Below, one piece after another: positions 49,392 to 60,600 of a stretch of DNA of 64,000 nt. Every line of letters starts with the position of its first letter. Position 1 is the first letter of the stretch. The notes under the pieces were generated by a model. It saw nothing but the letters and a program-made list of their open reading frames with translations, was not told the DNA's origin and did not search any database. The stretch comes from Candidatus Latescibacterota bacterium (GTDB taxonomy: Bacteria; Latescibacterota; UBA2968; GCA-2709665), in NCBI GenBank assembly GCA_965237675.1, contig OZ250150.1, forward strand, positions 128,001 to 192,000, given 5' to 3'. A program made the translations under genes and the position numbers.

Positions 49392-49988
49392 CTACCGCAT
49401 CCGATCCGCCACGGGCGGACCCAGAATCTCCTGGTAGATAATCGCCTTGCGGACCGTTTGCGGCTTGAAATCAAGATCGATCTTTCGTCGACGTGTTCCA
49501 CGGCGAGGATCCTGAGCCAAACGAAGGATTTCCGGCGAGGGGTCCCGGACCTTTTCGGCCGCGGATCCGGCCTCGGCGGCAGGTATCCCAAGGCGCGCCC
49601 TTTCTATTTCCGCACTGCCGACGCGCTCTTCGTCCGGCCGGACGATATCCACCTCCCGGAATTCCTCCCCTTTGTACGCTTCACTCACGGGGCGCGCGCC
49701 CCGTATCTCCCGAAACTCATCTCCCGTGTCCGCCTCGCTCACCCGGCGCGTACCCCTTACCTCCCGAAATTCGCCGCCCGGCTTCGGCTCCCAGAATACA
49801 TCCTCCTCCTCCGGAAAATCGACGTCCCCCTCAACGGTTACCGTGTCCCCGCCATGCCTGCCCGCCGGCGAAAAGCCCCGGTCCTCTTCATCGAGCTCCC
49901 GGCGGCGACGCGCTTCCATGACCTTATTGATCAGCGCAAAAATCACACTGATTACCACCAGCAGAATAATGGTGAGTTCGAAACCCAT
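49392..49988 (-). CDS. Membrane-anchored hypothetical protein (YqfB-like position) with 18-aa repeats
   Basis: N-terminal TM helix, EFRE.RG.R.VSEA repeats, C-terminal AIIYQEILGPP. Confidence 0.75.
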   Translation of the reverse strand: MGFELTIILLVVISVIFALINKVMEARRRRELDEEDRGFSPAGRHGGDTVTVEGDVDFPEEEDVFWEPKPGGEFREVRGTRRVSEADTGDEFREIRGARPVSEAYKGEEFREVDIVRPDEERVGSAEIERARLGIPAAEAGSAAEKVRDPSPEILRLAQDPRRGTRRRKIDLDFKPQTVRKAIIYQEILGPPVADRMR

Positions 49989-49991
49989 GGC

Positions 49992-50990
49992 TTACGATTC
50001 TCCCTGGTCCTGTTCGGATTCAGAACTCTCCTGGGTGTCGGCGATTCCCTCGCGCATCGAGGTATCCGCCTGGATATTCTGCATCCGGTAATAATCCATC
50101 ACGCCCATATTGCCGCTGCGGAACGCCTCGGCCATCGCCAGTGGCACCTCGGCCTCGGCCTCCACCACCTTGGCCCGCATCTCCACCACCCGCGCACTCA
50201 TCTCCTGCTCGTGTGCGACGGCCATCGCACGCCGTTCTTCTGCCTTCGCCCGTGCGATCTTCAGATCGGCCTCCGCCTGGTCTGTCTGGAGTTTCGCGCC
50301 GATATTATCTCCCACATCGACGTCGGCGATATCAATGGAAAGGATCTCATACGCCGTACCCGAATCCAACCCTTTCCCCAACACTGTCTTTGAAATCAGA
50401 TCCGGATTTTCCAGCACGGCCTTGTGTGTTACCGAGGAACCGATTGTTGTCACGATCCCTTCGCCGACCCGCGCGACTATCGTCTCCTCACCGGCGCCGC
50501 CGACCAACCGATCAATGTTGGCGCGCACGGTGACCCTGGACGTTGCCTTGACCTGGATGCCATCTTTGGCCACGGCCGTGACCATCGGTGTGGAAATCAC
50601 TTTGGGATTGACGCTGACCTGTACGGCCTCGAGCACGTTACGGCCGGCAAGGTCGATGGCCGCGGCACGCTCAGTGGTAAGGTTGATCCCGGCTTTGTCC
50701 GCCGCGATCAGGGCAGTGATCACGTTCTCCACGTGCCCTCCCGACAGAAAATGCGCTTCCAGGAAGGAAGTCGGGATCGCCAGCCCGGCCTTGGTTGCGC
50801 TGATCTGAGCTCCCAGGATAAGTCGCGGGGAAACGCGGCGCAGGCGCATCCCCACAAGTTCGCCAATTCCGATCCGGACACGGGCCGCAAGGGCCGAGAT
50901 CCACAGCCCGAACGGAATAAAATAAATGAACAGAAACAGTGCGACGATTACTGCGACAACACCAAACAAAAGCGCAATTCCTTCGAACAT
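49992..50990 (-). CDS. floA: Flotillin-like protein FloA (YqfA)
   Basis: [40 protein letters not shown]. Confidence 0.95.
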   Translation of the reverse strand: MFEGIALLFGVVAVIVALFLFIYFIPFGLWISALAARVRIGIGELVGMRLRRVSPRLILGAQISATKAGLAIPTSFLEAHFLSGGHVENVITALIAADKAGINLTTERAAAIDLAGRNVLEAVQVSVNPKVISTPMVTAVAKDGIQVKATSRVTVRANIDRLVGGAGEETIVARVGEGIVTTIGSSVTHKAVLENPDLISKTVLGKGLDSGTAYEILSIDIADVDVGDNIGAKLQTDQAEADLKIARAKAEERRAMAVAHEQEMSARVVEMRAKVVEAEAEVPLAMAEAFRSGNMGVMDYYRMQNIQADTSMREGIADTQESSESEQDQGES

Positions 50991-51050
50991 ATCACGGCTC
51001 CTCTGCTAACTTCCGCCTAATGAACCGGACTCACTAAAATCGGGTGGTCC

Positions 51051-52394
51051 CTAACCCGTCTGCTCGGTTTTGCGAACCACAATCCGGTTACCTTCAACCT
51101 CGACCACCGTGATCGGACTATCCTTTTCGATAAACTCGCTATCCGCAGCCACGTCGACCCGACGCCCGTCTATCAGACCCGTACCCGAGGGGCGCAGAGG
51201 TGTAAAAGCCACCCCCTCTTTGCCCACAAGAGCACCATGGTTCGAAGTGGCGATATAGCCCGCCTCGCTGCGTTCTTCCGCCTGAAGTACAAGCCAGTTC
51301 CATGCCGACGTGTGCGGCAATATTTTAAACATCAAGCCGGCGATCAGAATCGTGGTGACAAACGCCAGCAACAGCGGCTGGGCGCCAATGCCCACGGACT
51401 CCCACGTCCACAATTCCGGGCGTCCCATCAGACTCAGGAAAAGGCCGGCAAACATCAAGACAACTCCCGGGATGGCCAGCATGCCGAATCCGGCAATATA
51501 AAACAGGTCGGCGACCACCAGAATCACCCCAACCAGAAAAAGCAGCACTTCCGTCCAGTCCGCCAACCTCACCAGCAGATGGCTGCCGAAAAACAGCCCC
51601 AGACAGATTAACCCCAACGTACCGCCGACGCCCCAACCCGGGCTCTGGATCTCAAAAATCAAGCCCAGGAAGCCGAGCGACATCAGCAGTGACGCCACAT
51701 AGGGATGCGTCAGCCAGCGCACAACCTGCTCCGACCAGTTTACGGACTGACGAGTGACCCGTGCCCGATCCAGTTTATAATATGACAGCACGGCCTGAAG
51801 TTTTTCGCCCTCGCCCGTTGCCGTAATCCGGTATTCCGCGATTTTCGTCGCAACCGCCTCGTTTGTGGTGAGTGTGAGCAGCTTTCCTTTCGGAGCCAGA
51901 TCCTCAATATCCACGTCTTCGTCGACCATCGCCTCGGCCAGTTCAGGGGGGCGGCCTGTCTTCTCGGCCGTTGCCTTCATCTCGTTGCGAAAATACGAAA
52001 TCACCTTTTCACTTGCCTTCTTGCCCTGCATATCTACGGCCGTAGCCGCGCCGATGGTTCCCCCATCGACCATAACGATATGCCGGGTGGCCAGTGAAAT
52101 CAACGCGCCGGCCGAAATCGCCCGCGGGTTGATGAAGGCAATAGTTTTCACGTCGCTGTAAAGAATCGCATCCCGGATGACCAGGGCCGCGTCCAGTGCG
52201 CCGCCAGGGGTGTCAATTTCGAAGATCACCGCCGACACCCCTTCTGCCTCCGCATCATCCATGACCCGCGAAACAAAAGCCGCGAGCCCTCGCTCAATGG
52301 TTCCCTCGATTGGCACGACGTAGACCGACCCCTGTGCCCGACAAACGGCCGGCAGGAGCAACACCATTATCAGGACGCAAAAAGAAACGCGCAT
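51051..52394 (-). CDS. nfeD: NfeD-family membrane-bound protease-like protein (YqeZ-like)
   Basis: IDTPGG, AISAGALI, LLTLT, TM block, LRPSG..VEGNRIVV. Confidence 0.9.
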   Translation of the reverse strand: MRVSFCVLIMVLLLPAVCRAQGSVYVVPIEGTIERGLAAFVSRVMDDAEAEGVSAVIFEIDTPGGALDAALVIRDAILYSDVKTIAFINPRAISAGALISLATRHIVMVDGGTIGAATAVDMQGKKASEKVISYFRNEMKATAEKTGRPPELAEAMVDEDVDIEDLAPKGKLLTLTTNEAVATKIAEYRITATGEGEKLQAVLSYYKLDRARVTRQSVNWSEQVVRWLTHPYVASLLMSLGFLGLIFEIQSPGWGVGGTLGLICLGLFFGSHLLVRLADWTEVLLFLVGVILVVADLFYIAGFGMLAIPGVVLMFAGLFLSLMGRPELWTWESVGIGAQPLLLAFVTTILIAGLMFKILPHTSAWNWLVLQAEERSEAGYIATSNHGALVGKEGVAFTPLRPSGTGLIDGRRVDVAADSEFIEKDSPITVVEVEGNRIVVRKTEQTG

Positions 52395-52578
52395 ATCGGA
52401 GAACTTCCTCAACGATTGGGATTTTAGCGGCATCAATCTCAATATCAGTGTACCGTATTCGGTTTAAATTGTCAATGGGTTTCAAACCAACCGACGGGGG
52501 TGAAAGGACCGCGTGCTATGTTGTTTTCCAGCTTGACATCAACGCCGGATCCTTGTATTTTTACGCGAAAAAACAGGT

Positions 52579-52654
52579 GGCGGCGTAGCTCAGTTGGCAG
52601 AGCAGTGGAATCATAATCCATGGGTCGGGGGTTCAAGTCCCTCCGCCGCTACCA
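52579..52654 (+). tRNA. tRNA-Met(CAT), elongator type
   Basis: GGCGGCGTAGCTCAG..GTGGA-ATCATAA-TCCAT..GGTTCAAGTCC..ACCA; lacks the initiator GGG/CCC stem. Confidence 0.93.
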
Positions 52655-52786
52655 AATTACCAGCCGCCGGTCCTGGCGGCTTCGTCATTTAACACAAGCC
52701 CCCGTGGTCGAATGCCCGGGGGCTTGTTCCATTCGGCGTTTTTTCGAGGCCCTCCTCAAGATCGCGCTGTCCACGCGCAGAAGCCT

Positions 52787-53110
52787 CTATTGTTGGTTCA
52801 TGTCGCGATGAATGACTCCCAGGTCTCCCTGCAGATCGTCGAGGTCGTATTGGAAAGGCACCCTGGAGAAACGGGCATAGTCCATCATTTCCCATATGGA
52901 CACCCCTGCATCGTGCGCAGCGCGCGCGAGCGTGAGCTTTCTTTCGCCGTACAGACGCGCGTAATGCTCCATCTTCCATTGATGAATTGCTTTCGACAGC
53001 AGCCGGCGGACCGTTGTTGAGCGATCTGACTGCTCGACATCTTCTATCAGTTCCAATCCCCGGACCAACTCCGATGGAAGCCTGGTGCCCACCATCTGTT
53101 CCATTTTCAT
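52787..53110 (-). CDS. UPF0175-family antitoxin-like protein with RHH-like N-terminus
   Basis: VGTRLP, DRSTTVRRLL, LY...LTLARAA..AGVSIWE. Confidence 0.8.
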   Translation of the reverse strand: MKMEQMVGTRLPSELVRGLELIEDVEQSDRSTTVRRLLSKAIHQWKMEHYARLYGERKLTLARAAHDAGVSIWEMMDYARFSRVPFQYDLDDLQGDLGVIHRDMNQQ

Positions 53111-53622
53111 TCATTCACCTCCCTTGCGAGTCTCAATACTTCCGCTACAACAGTTGGCGAGAGCCACAAGATCTGACCGAGGTCACGAACTGCGACCTCC
53201 ATTTCTGCCAGGTTGAGATGGCGCCGCAGGCACGCTTCCAACAATACTCCCGCCGTACCCACATGTTCGACCGACATGACCGCAGCCACGCTTCGAGCCT
53301 CCTTGTCGTCGACGATCAACCGCAGTCCCCTCCCGTCTGCGAGTGCGATGGACTCCACTTCTCCCCGACCCAACCTGGACGGTCTGTCCAAACGCCTCGC
53401 GAGCGCACGCTCTCCCTCTTTCAGGCGAACCTCCTTCAGCCAGCGGTCTTCCAAGGCGGCCTCGAGTTGTGCGACATCCGGGGCACGAATAGCCCTGCCA
53501 GCGTCGATGGTTTCCGCCCGTACCGCGGGAGCGATCAGCACGCTGCCGTACAAATCCCGCAGGACGCTCAGGCGCCGCACCTTGACAAGGGCGATCAACG
53601 GGGAGGCATCGGCTACGATCAT
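53107..53622 (-). CDS. PIN-domain (DUF3368-like) toxin
   Basis: IVADASPLIAL, LGRGEVESIALA, DDKEAR, GTAGVL. Confidence 0.88.
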   Translation of the reverse strand: MIVADASPLIALVKVRRLSVLRDLYGSVLIAPAVRAETIDAGRAIRAPDVAQLEAALEDRWLKEVRLKEGERALARRLDRPSRLGRGEVESIALADGRGLRLIVDDKEARSVAAVMSVEHVGTAGVLLEACLRRHLNLAEMEVAVRDLGQILWLSPTVVAEVLRLAREVNE

Positions 53623-53772
53623 TTGAATTTCCCGAAGGCATGATCCATCGTCGCGACAAAAAGTTAACAAAAAATACAATTGTTTGCAACGCCAATGTCA
53701 TGTATCCGCGACAATCCACATCCAAGGCCCGACATCCATTCGGCCCTGCATGAATCCGACCGGGATACCATA

Positions 53773-54828
53773 CTATCCGGCGGTGACTTCGTGGCGGATA
53801 AAGGGATGTGAACAGGGATACCCCTCCGTCGCCCACATCGCCCGTTTGTCCGGGCATATGATGACACCGCTGTCCGTATGCAGCCCGGCCTGACCATGCT
53901 GGCAGATACCCACCGGGTCGGCGTGGAATCGGTACATCTCGACCAACCCTTCAAAGCTCCGCTTGACCTCTCTCTCCATTTGGGGGAGCAACGCGATACG
54001 CGCATGGCTGTTTTCCAACAGGGGCGATTCCGGATCATCCTTCCCGACAAGCTCTTTTCCAAGACAGTGGTTGGTCTCCCACACCGCGGCGTCGGAACCT
54101 GACGGGCGTCTGATGGTCTGCCCCGCCACGTGTTTCTCCAGAATCGCCACGTCGCCGGTCGCGTCGCCCATCAGAACGCTCATTCCGTGCATTGGAACCT
54201 CATATTGGGCGCACAACGCCTCGGCCTCTTCGACGGAACGGCACTGTTCCGCCATCAAGGGCAACAGAAACAAAACCGGAACCCCGTCCTGACGGCGTTC
54301 AAATCCGGTCAATCCCGTCATGCCGAACCCGAACCCGGCCTCGTTGACCGCCGCCGCCGTCCAAATGGTTCCGACAAAGTGCATCTGTACAGATCGCAGT
54401 TTGCCGGAAGGCGCCGCCTGATGAATCGCGTTGGCCCCCAGCTCTCTCTTACCGAGATCGTCGGATTTCCCCAACCATGCATACCCGTTGCGGTCGGCAA
54501 ACCCGAAGACGGTACATGCGGGCGTAGAGAACTCATCCAGATCAAAGACGAGATTGAGCTCGAACACGTCTTCAAAGGGTAGCCCCGCGCCCATCGCAAT
54601 GCCCTCGATTTCCCGGACCATCCCGGGAAACAACCGGGCGATCTGCTCCGTCCACAGGTCCACTTTGCGCTTCCGCTCATCCGGCGCCAGCCCCGGGCGC
54701 CAACCGCCTTCCCCGTCGGCAAACTCCTCCCGGTATCGATCTATCAGACCGGCGATCCGATCCGATGCCGCGCGACCGTGGGCAATACCTCTTGTCAACG
54801 CGTCGCCTTCGGTTTCGAGATAGAACAC
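53773..54828 (-). CDS. C45-family (Ntn) peptidase/acyltransferase
   Basis: EIEGIA.GAG, ACT nucleophile, VNEAG, TNH, NS..R. Confidence 0.85.
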   Translation of the reverse strand: MFYLETEGDALTRGIAHGRAASDRIAGLIDRYREEFADGEGGWRPGLAPDERKRKVDLWTEQIARLFPGMVREIEGIAMGAGLPFEDVFELNLVFDLDEFSTPACTVFGFADRNGYAWLGKSDDLGKRELGANAIHQAAPSGKLRSVQMHFVGTIWTAAAVNEAGFGFGMTGLTGFERRQDGVPVLFLLPLMAEQCRSVEEAEALCAQYEVPMHGMSVLMGDATGDVAILEKHVAGQTIRRPSGSDAAVWETNHCLGKELVGKDDPESPLLENSHARIALLPQMEREVKRSFEGLVEMYRFHADPVGICQHGQAGLHTDSGVIICPDKRAMWATEGYPCSHPFIRHEVTAG

Positions 54829-54972
54829 AAACGCCTCACTGTCATTTCAATGATCCGTGCCGTGGCTAAGGCCGCCCACCGGAAGCCCCGGCCGAACCGG
54901 CCGCGTCCGCGAACCGAAATGTCGTATTTCAGTTCATGACAACCCGGGTTGGACATGGGCAGGAAACGGCGG

Positions 54973-55857
54973 TCAGGGTCCCCTGTGTTTACCCATCTCC
55001 AGCGCCATCGCCCGCACGTGTTCCGGGCCGGCCCCGCAGCAGGATCCCAGATAGCGGATATCCGCCGCCATCGCATCCCTTGCGAATCGGGCGAATTGGG
55101 CCGCGGTTGCAGAGGGCCGCTCCCACCAGGAATGCCAGGCCGAAGGCTGGCAGCAGACCGGCACGTCTACCGCCCGCCGCATCCGGGATGCGAACTCCAG
55201 CATATCGGTTGGCGGGCAGATGCAGTTCAACCCCACCACGTCAGCGCCGGCATCCGCCAATTGTCTGGCGCATTCCGCCGGCGAGAATCCGTCGAACGTA
55301 TTCGCGTATCCCTTTCCCTCCATGCTCACAGTCACCACGAGCGGGAGTCCCGCTCCTCTGGCCAGTGCGACTGCCAGAAGCGCCTCGTCCAACCACGAAA
55401 AGGTCTCCAGAATCAGGAAATCGACGCCCCCGCCGCAGATCCAGGGCAGCTGCTCGTCCAGCCATGCGCGCGTTCGGGCCCGCTTTTTTACATCGGACGG
55501 ATCGTAATCCATATAGGTAATGCTCGGACTGTTCAAATTGCCCGCGACCAGCGCATCGTCGCCCGCCACCTCGCGAGCGATCCGGCAGGCCGTGGTATTG
55601 ATTTCCTTCGCGCGATCCCCGAAACCCGCCGGCTTCAGCATATTGGACGTACCGAAAAACGTGAGCGTCTGCAGGACCTCGGCCCCCGCGTCCTTGAACT
55701 CCTGCGTCAGCCTGCGCACCTCCTCCGGGTGTGTTGCCACCACCTGCGGCGTCATGGCTCCCATTCTCACAAAACCCCGAAGCCGCAGCCCCATCAGGTA
55801 CCCCCCGTCTCCCAATACGAAGCCCTTTTCCAGACGCTGCAACAATCCTTCAGCCAT
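54973..55857 (-). CDS. Homocysteine S-methyltransferase family (BHMT-like)
   Basis: LGDGG, AGAEV, ETF, VGLNC, GSCCG. Confidence 0.9.
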   Translation of the reverse strand: MAEGLLQRLEKGFVLGDGGYLMGLRLRGFVRMGAMTPQVVATHPEEVRRLTQEFKDAGAEVLQTLTFFGTSNMLKPAGFGDRAKEINTTACRIAREVAGDDALVAGNLNSPSITYMDYDPSDVKKRARTRAWLDEQLPWICGGGVDFLILETFSWLDEALLAVALARGAGLPLVVTVSMEGKGYANTFDGFSPAECARQLADAGADVVGLNCICPPTDMLEFASRMRRAVDVPVCCQPSAWHSWWERPSATAAQFARFARDAMAADIRYLGSCCGAGPEHVRAMALEMGKHRGP

Positions 55858-55909
55858 CTGTTAAAATGCCTTTCGTGAATCAGAAGAATTGTCGGGTTGA
55901 CAAAAGTCG

Positions 55910-55997
55910 GTGAGAGGGGAGACGTTAGACGGGAGAGGACCACGCCCGACACCGACAGTCTTTCGCGCCTTGCCTTTTCTACCGTCTTCCGTCTCAC
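55910..55997. repeat. Inverted heptamer-type repeat (GTGAGA...TCTCAC)
   Basis: GTGAGAGGGGAGACGTTAGACG ... CCGTCTTCCGTCTCAC; the same motif occurs at 32652. Confidence 0.55.
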
Positions 55998-57292
55998 GTC
56001 TTACCCGGGGCTGGGCCGGATGGGTGGAGTGGCTGGCCCCTCGCCTCCTGCAACAACGCGATCGCTCCTTCGCGGATTTGCGCCTCGGATTCCATCTCCA
56101 GGGGCGCGAACAACACCTCTCCATCCCCCTCAACACGTGCGTGCGCCGTTGGCAGATACCCGACCTCGGGGCACGGGTTGCACAAGAGCAAAACACGGTC
56201 GAACGCGGCGGCCTCTCGAATGGCAAACGCAGTCTCCACAAAGGGCTCGCCGGGAATATGGATCAACGCGTTATTGCCGAGTACGACCGCACGAAAGTCG
56301 AACGAACAGGAGGTTTGATCCCTGTAAGTCTGCGCCAGCCAGTATTCGTATCGCGCGAGTCCCTCTGCCGCGGGGGGATTCGCCTGCCATTCCTTCCGCG
56401 CCGCCTCGACTTCGGCCACGGGCTGTCGTTCGATTTGAACCGTGCGCTTGAAAAGCATCAGTTCCACATCCGCTCGTGGCTTGAGTCCATCGCAGATATC
56501 CAGAGTCGTTCGCGCCAGCGACCTGCCAATGCGCCCGCAGGGATCATCCGTTTCGCGAATAGGATGCACGTTACCCAGCGCGCCCTGGATGAAAAGGCCG
56601 TCGATTTCCCTTTCGGCAAGCACCCCGGCCACCACACCGGGGTAATCCGCCGAGATGTTGCCCCGCAAGTCCCACATTGCAAGTGCATGACACCCGAAAT
56701 TCGTCAGCACGATCGGCCGCTTGCCGTCCCTGTCGAAGCGAACGACGGCTACCTGTCGATCCACTGCGTCGTATTCCAGATCGTCTGGCGGCCTCGGAAA
56801 CTCCGTCAGTGAAACCATCCGCAGATTGCCCTGGCTATCGTGCGCGCGGCGGTTGTATTGCAGGCCCGGTTCGGCCGGCCCCGCTCCGACTGCCACGCGG
56901 GCAGGCGAGACGTCGGCCCGGGCAATTCGTACCGCCTCAGCCGCAGCCCTTGCGTAACGCGCCTCGTTTCCGAATTCCTTCAGAGCCTCCGTGGGTTGAT
57001 TCACGTAATACTGGAACAGTGTCGGTCCGGTGCCCATATGGCTGGCGCCCGGTAGAATCCATGCGGGGTCCACGTCGGTTTCCGCCAGATCGGTGACCAT
57101 CATATCGAAACAGATATGGTCGAACAGGAACATGTCCGCCGCCAGAAACGTCACCTGCCGGTCGCCCTGCCGCACGTGCAGCGCCCGAAAATAGATCGGA
57201 TCGTAGATCTCGAATGAATCGTGAGGCGCAGGTGTTATATCCACTTTGCCAAATCCCGCCAGCATCTGTCCGTTTGTGTTCGATTCGTTCAT
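55994..57292 (-). CDS. Neutral/alkaline ceramidase-like hydrolase
   Basis: AGFGKVDITP, DPIY.RAL, SH..TGP, NRR, NFGCH, ISADYPG, QGA.GN, PGEPF. Confidence 0.82.
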   Translation of the reverse strand: MNESNTNGQMLAGFGKVDITPAPHDSFEIYDPIYFRALHVRQGDRQVTFLAADMFLFDHICFDMMVTDLAETDVDPAWILPGASHMGTGPTLFQYYVNQPTEALKEFGNEARYARAAAEAVRIARADVSPARVAVGAGPAEPGLQYNRRAHDSQGNLRMVSLTEFPRPPDDLEYDAVDRQVAVVRFDRDGKRPIVLTNFGCHALAMWDLRGNISADYPGVVAGVLAEREIDGLFIQGALGNVHPIRETDDPCGRIGRSLARTTLDICDGLKPRADVELMLFKRTVQIERQPVAEVEAARKEWQANPPAAEGLARYEYWLAQTYRDQTSCSFDFRAVVLGNNALIHIPGEPFVETAFAIREAAAFDRVLLLCNPCPEVGYLPTAHARVEGDGEVLFAPLEMESEAQIREGAIALLQEARGQPLHPSGPAPGKT

Positions 57293-57657
57293 GAGATGCT
57301 TCCTCTCTTCAGGGAAGAGACGCTGCCCTGACAGATGACGCCGTCATGGTCGCCGTGTCGACCCCTTTTGACGCGGGCAGGTCGCCGGTGATCACCCATC
57401 ATAATATGAACCATCATTGCTGTCAAGTCGTGATGCGCCGGGCTCGACGCCCTGCCGTGAACAGGGCTGCGGCGCGGGATTAAATGCTTGACATTGGAGA
57501 TCACGCGCGGCTATATATTTCAGTGCCATCACAAAGTCGGGTTGAAGTCGCGCGTACCGGCGCCGTATATTGAGGTGGCGTCTCCCGGCGTCCTCCCGCG
57601 CCAGAACCCTCAGACCCGGAGACCGTCCTTCCACCCCAGCTGAGAGGCTGAATTCCG

Positions 57658-60600
57658 ATGGCTGATTTTCTTCACACAGGTACTTTAGCGGACGTACTGG
57701 CGTCCGGCGTATTCCTCTTTCTGCTGATCGGTACGGCAAGGCCGGTGTTTGCGTCCGGCGGAAGAGCTTATTATACGGATGCCAGGATGGATGTGATCCG
57801 GTACAATCTGGCGCACTACGACTGGGCTCGGGAGCAGAGTTCGGGAATCATAGAAAGGGCGGAGCATTGGGCCAGTTACGAAGACGCGAAGCTGCGCACC
57901 CTCGTTTCACCGCCTCAGGTACCGCGGGGATATCAGGTGCACAACGATGGGTGTCCGGTACACGGCGTCAAAGTCCATGAACTGGGACTATACAGGTGGA
58001 TCATTGACTTTGAGAGGCCCTATAAAGTGACATGTCCCGTGGGCGGAGAGACGTATCCATCCAGCGATTTCGAGGCATTTCTGGCCACGGGCATGGAAGA
58101 CAGGTCCCTGTTGACCGGTCCTTACGCCGACGATGGATGGGGGTGGCATCGTCCCGGAGACCCGGTGCCGGCCAACTACTGGTTTGTGGCATATTACGCA
58201 CACTGGAGCATGATGCGATTCCTGATGGAGGCGATCGAAGTCCTGGGCAAGGCCACCGTGCTTGCGGATGATGATGTTGGGGCGCGACGGTACGCGCATA
58301 AATGTGCGCTTCTGCTGTGGCAGCTGGCGGAATATTACCCCGACTACGAATACGAACGGCAGTCAAGGGAATCGAAGGAGCACAATCCCAACTATACGGG
58401 CAAGTTGTTCAATATGATCTGGGAAACCCGACCGCCCCATACCTGCGCGATTGCTTACGATGCGGTGCGCCCCTATCTGGACGCCGACGTCGTACTCCAG
58501 TGCATCGCGGACAAGACAGGCCCGGAGATCGACTCGACAATTCGGGAGCGGTTGCTACTCGAGGCGGCCAGGTGCATTATGGACGCGTCAGGCGGGCGGA
58601 TCAGGGGCAACTACGGAATGCATCAGAAGGCGCTGCTGACGCTGGCGCGGGTGCTGTCGACTTCCGAAGGTCGTCCGCACAGCGACGAGATGATACAGTA
58701 CGTGTTGGCAAATCCGAACCAGGTAAGAGACACGGATATGGGTTTGCGGGATGCGCTTGAGAATCTGGTCTACCGAGACGGAATGCCTCACGAGTCTCTC
58801 GGGTACAATGACATCTGGGTACACGATTTGACTGAATTGGCTTCTCTGATGGTGGATATGGGCGTGAATCTGTTCGAGCACCCGCGATACAGAAAGCTGG
58901 TGACCTGGGCGTTTGACGTTTGTATTGCGGGAAAGTTCACCCCTTCCACCGGGGATTCCGGCGATATGTTTGCTCAGGGCGGCGCGTGGCAGCCAGCCGT
59001 ATGCCAGATCGCGCTGCCGTATGTGAACGACGCCCGCCTCGCGTGGGTTCTGAAGACGCAGCCGGGCGTCCGCCAGGATCTGTTCACCAAACCGGTTGAG
59101 GCGCAGCTTTCGGAACTTCCGGAAGAAGAGGACCCCGAGATCGGGAGACGGTCGTTTCATTTTCCCGCGTACGGGATGGCGAATCTTCAGTGCGGGAACG
59201 AAACGAACCGGTCGGCCGTTTCCTTTTTTTATGGCGACCACCAGGCCCACCGGCACTATGATCAGTTGAACATTCTGTTTTTCTCCCACGACAACGCGCT
59301 GTTGACCGATATCGGGTACCCAGAGCAGACGGATTCGTTCAACCACCGGCTCGCGGGGTTTTTCACCAATACGGTGGCGCACAATACGGTGGTGGTGGAT
59401 GCAAAGCGGCAGGGGCGTGGGCCCGGAAGGCTGCACGGACTGATAACGGAGGGTTTCGCACAGGCCGTGGATGCGTCCTGCGAGGGCGCCTACGCGGACA
59501 GGGTTGATCTGTATCGGCGCGCAAATATGCTGGTGGAGGCGGCGCCCGGACAGCACTATCTCTTTGACGTATTCTACGTGAACGGGGGCCGGCAGCACGA
59601 CTACATGCTTCACGGCAATCAGGCGGAGTTTGTCTGCCGGCCGGCCCTTGGGCCGGTTCGGGAATCGGGGACGCTGGCGGGTGGGGACGTGCCCTACGAG
59701 CAGTTTTACGACGATCCCGAGTTGAAGGACAAACGCCTGTCCAGCGTTCCGTATACCGGGTACCGGGGTAGCGGGTACCAGTTTCTGTACAATGTGCAGA
59801 AGGGACATCTGGATGTCGACACGATTGCCGAGTGGCGGCTTACGGAGCCCATTGAGGGCCAGCCGGAACGCCCGTGGCGGGGCATCGGACTCCGTGCGCA
59901 TCTGATCGGACGGGATGAGGCACTGTTCGCGTGCGACGGACCGGTCCAGAAATACAAATACCTGCCGGAGAGCGTGAAGTTCCTGGTGCGCAGGCGGGCC
60001 GGACCTGATCTTTCCAGCCGGTTTACCACGGTGTTCGAGCCATATAGGAACAAGGGCTGGATCCGGCATGCGACACAGATTGAATTGAAGCCGAACGGCG
60101 CTGGGGCCGCCGCGGTCCGGGTGGAAATGGAAGATGGGAGCACCCACTATCTGTTTCACGCCCTGGATTCAAACCGGGAGCATACGATGGAGAACGGCTT
60201 CAGGGTGGCCGGGCAGATGGCCGTTCTGGCGCTTGACAACCTGGGCCGTCCGGTTCGGGCGATGCTATTCAACGGCAAGATCCTCGGGATGGGCGATTTT
60301 CAGATGTCAGGAATGGGAATGCGACGGAGCCGGATCGTGTCGGTGGACTACACGCAGGGGACAATCCAGCTTGCCGACGCCGCGATCGGAGATGAACTGC
60401 CGCCCGGGCAGGCGATTCCGGTGACGTCGGATGGTTTCTCGGGCAGTCTGACGCTGGCGAAGGTTATTGACCGGCGGCGTTTTTCAATTGGGGACGAAGA
60501 CGTGAGGGTGGCAGGCGGACCGGTTCTGGAAGTCGACGCGGAACGCCTTATCACAAGCGCGTCCAATCCGCACGCGCACACGGGGATGACGCTGTTGAAC

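Noticed and set aside
49180-52654. Integrated element bounded by tRNA att sites
   Set aside because: No integrase and no duplicated tRNA 3' end noticed; the enclosed genes are housekeeping-like
52579-52654. A32 in the anticodon loop as an anomaly
   Set aside because: GGAATCATAATCC loops are seen in other bacterial elongator tRNA-Met genes
58588-60159. Long antisense ORFs (also 18806-20227, 45731-47029, 43781-44743)
   Set aside because: Shadows of well-supported genes in GC-rich DNA, with no motifs
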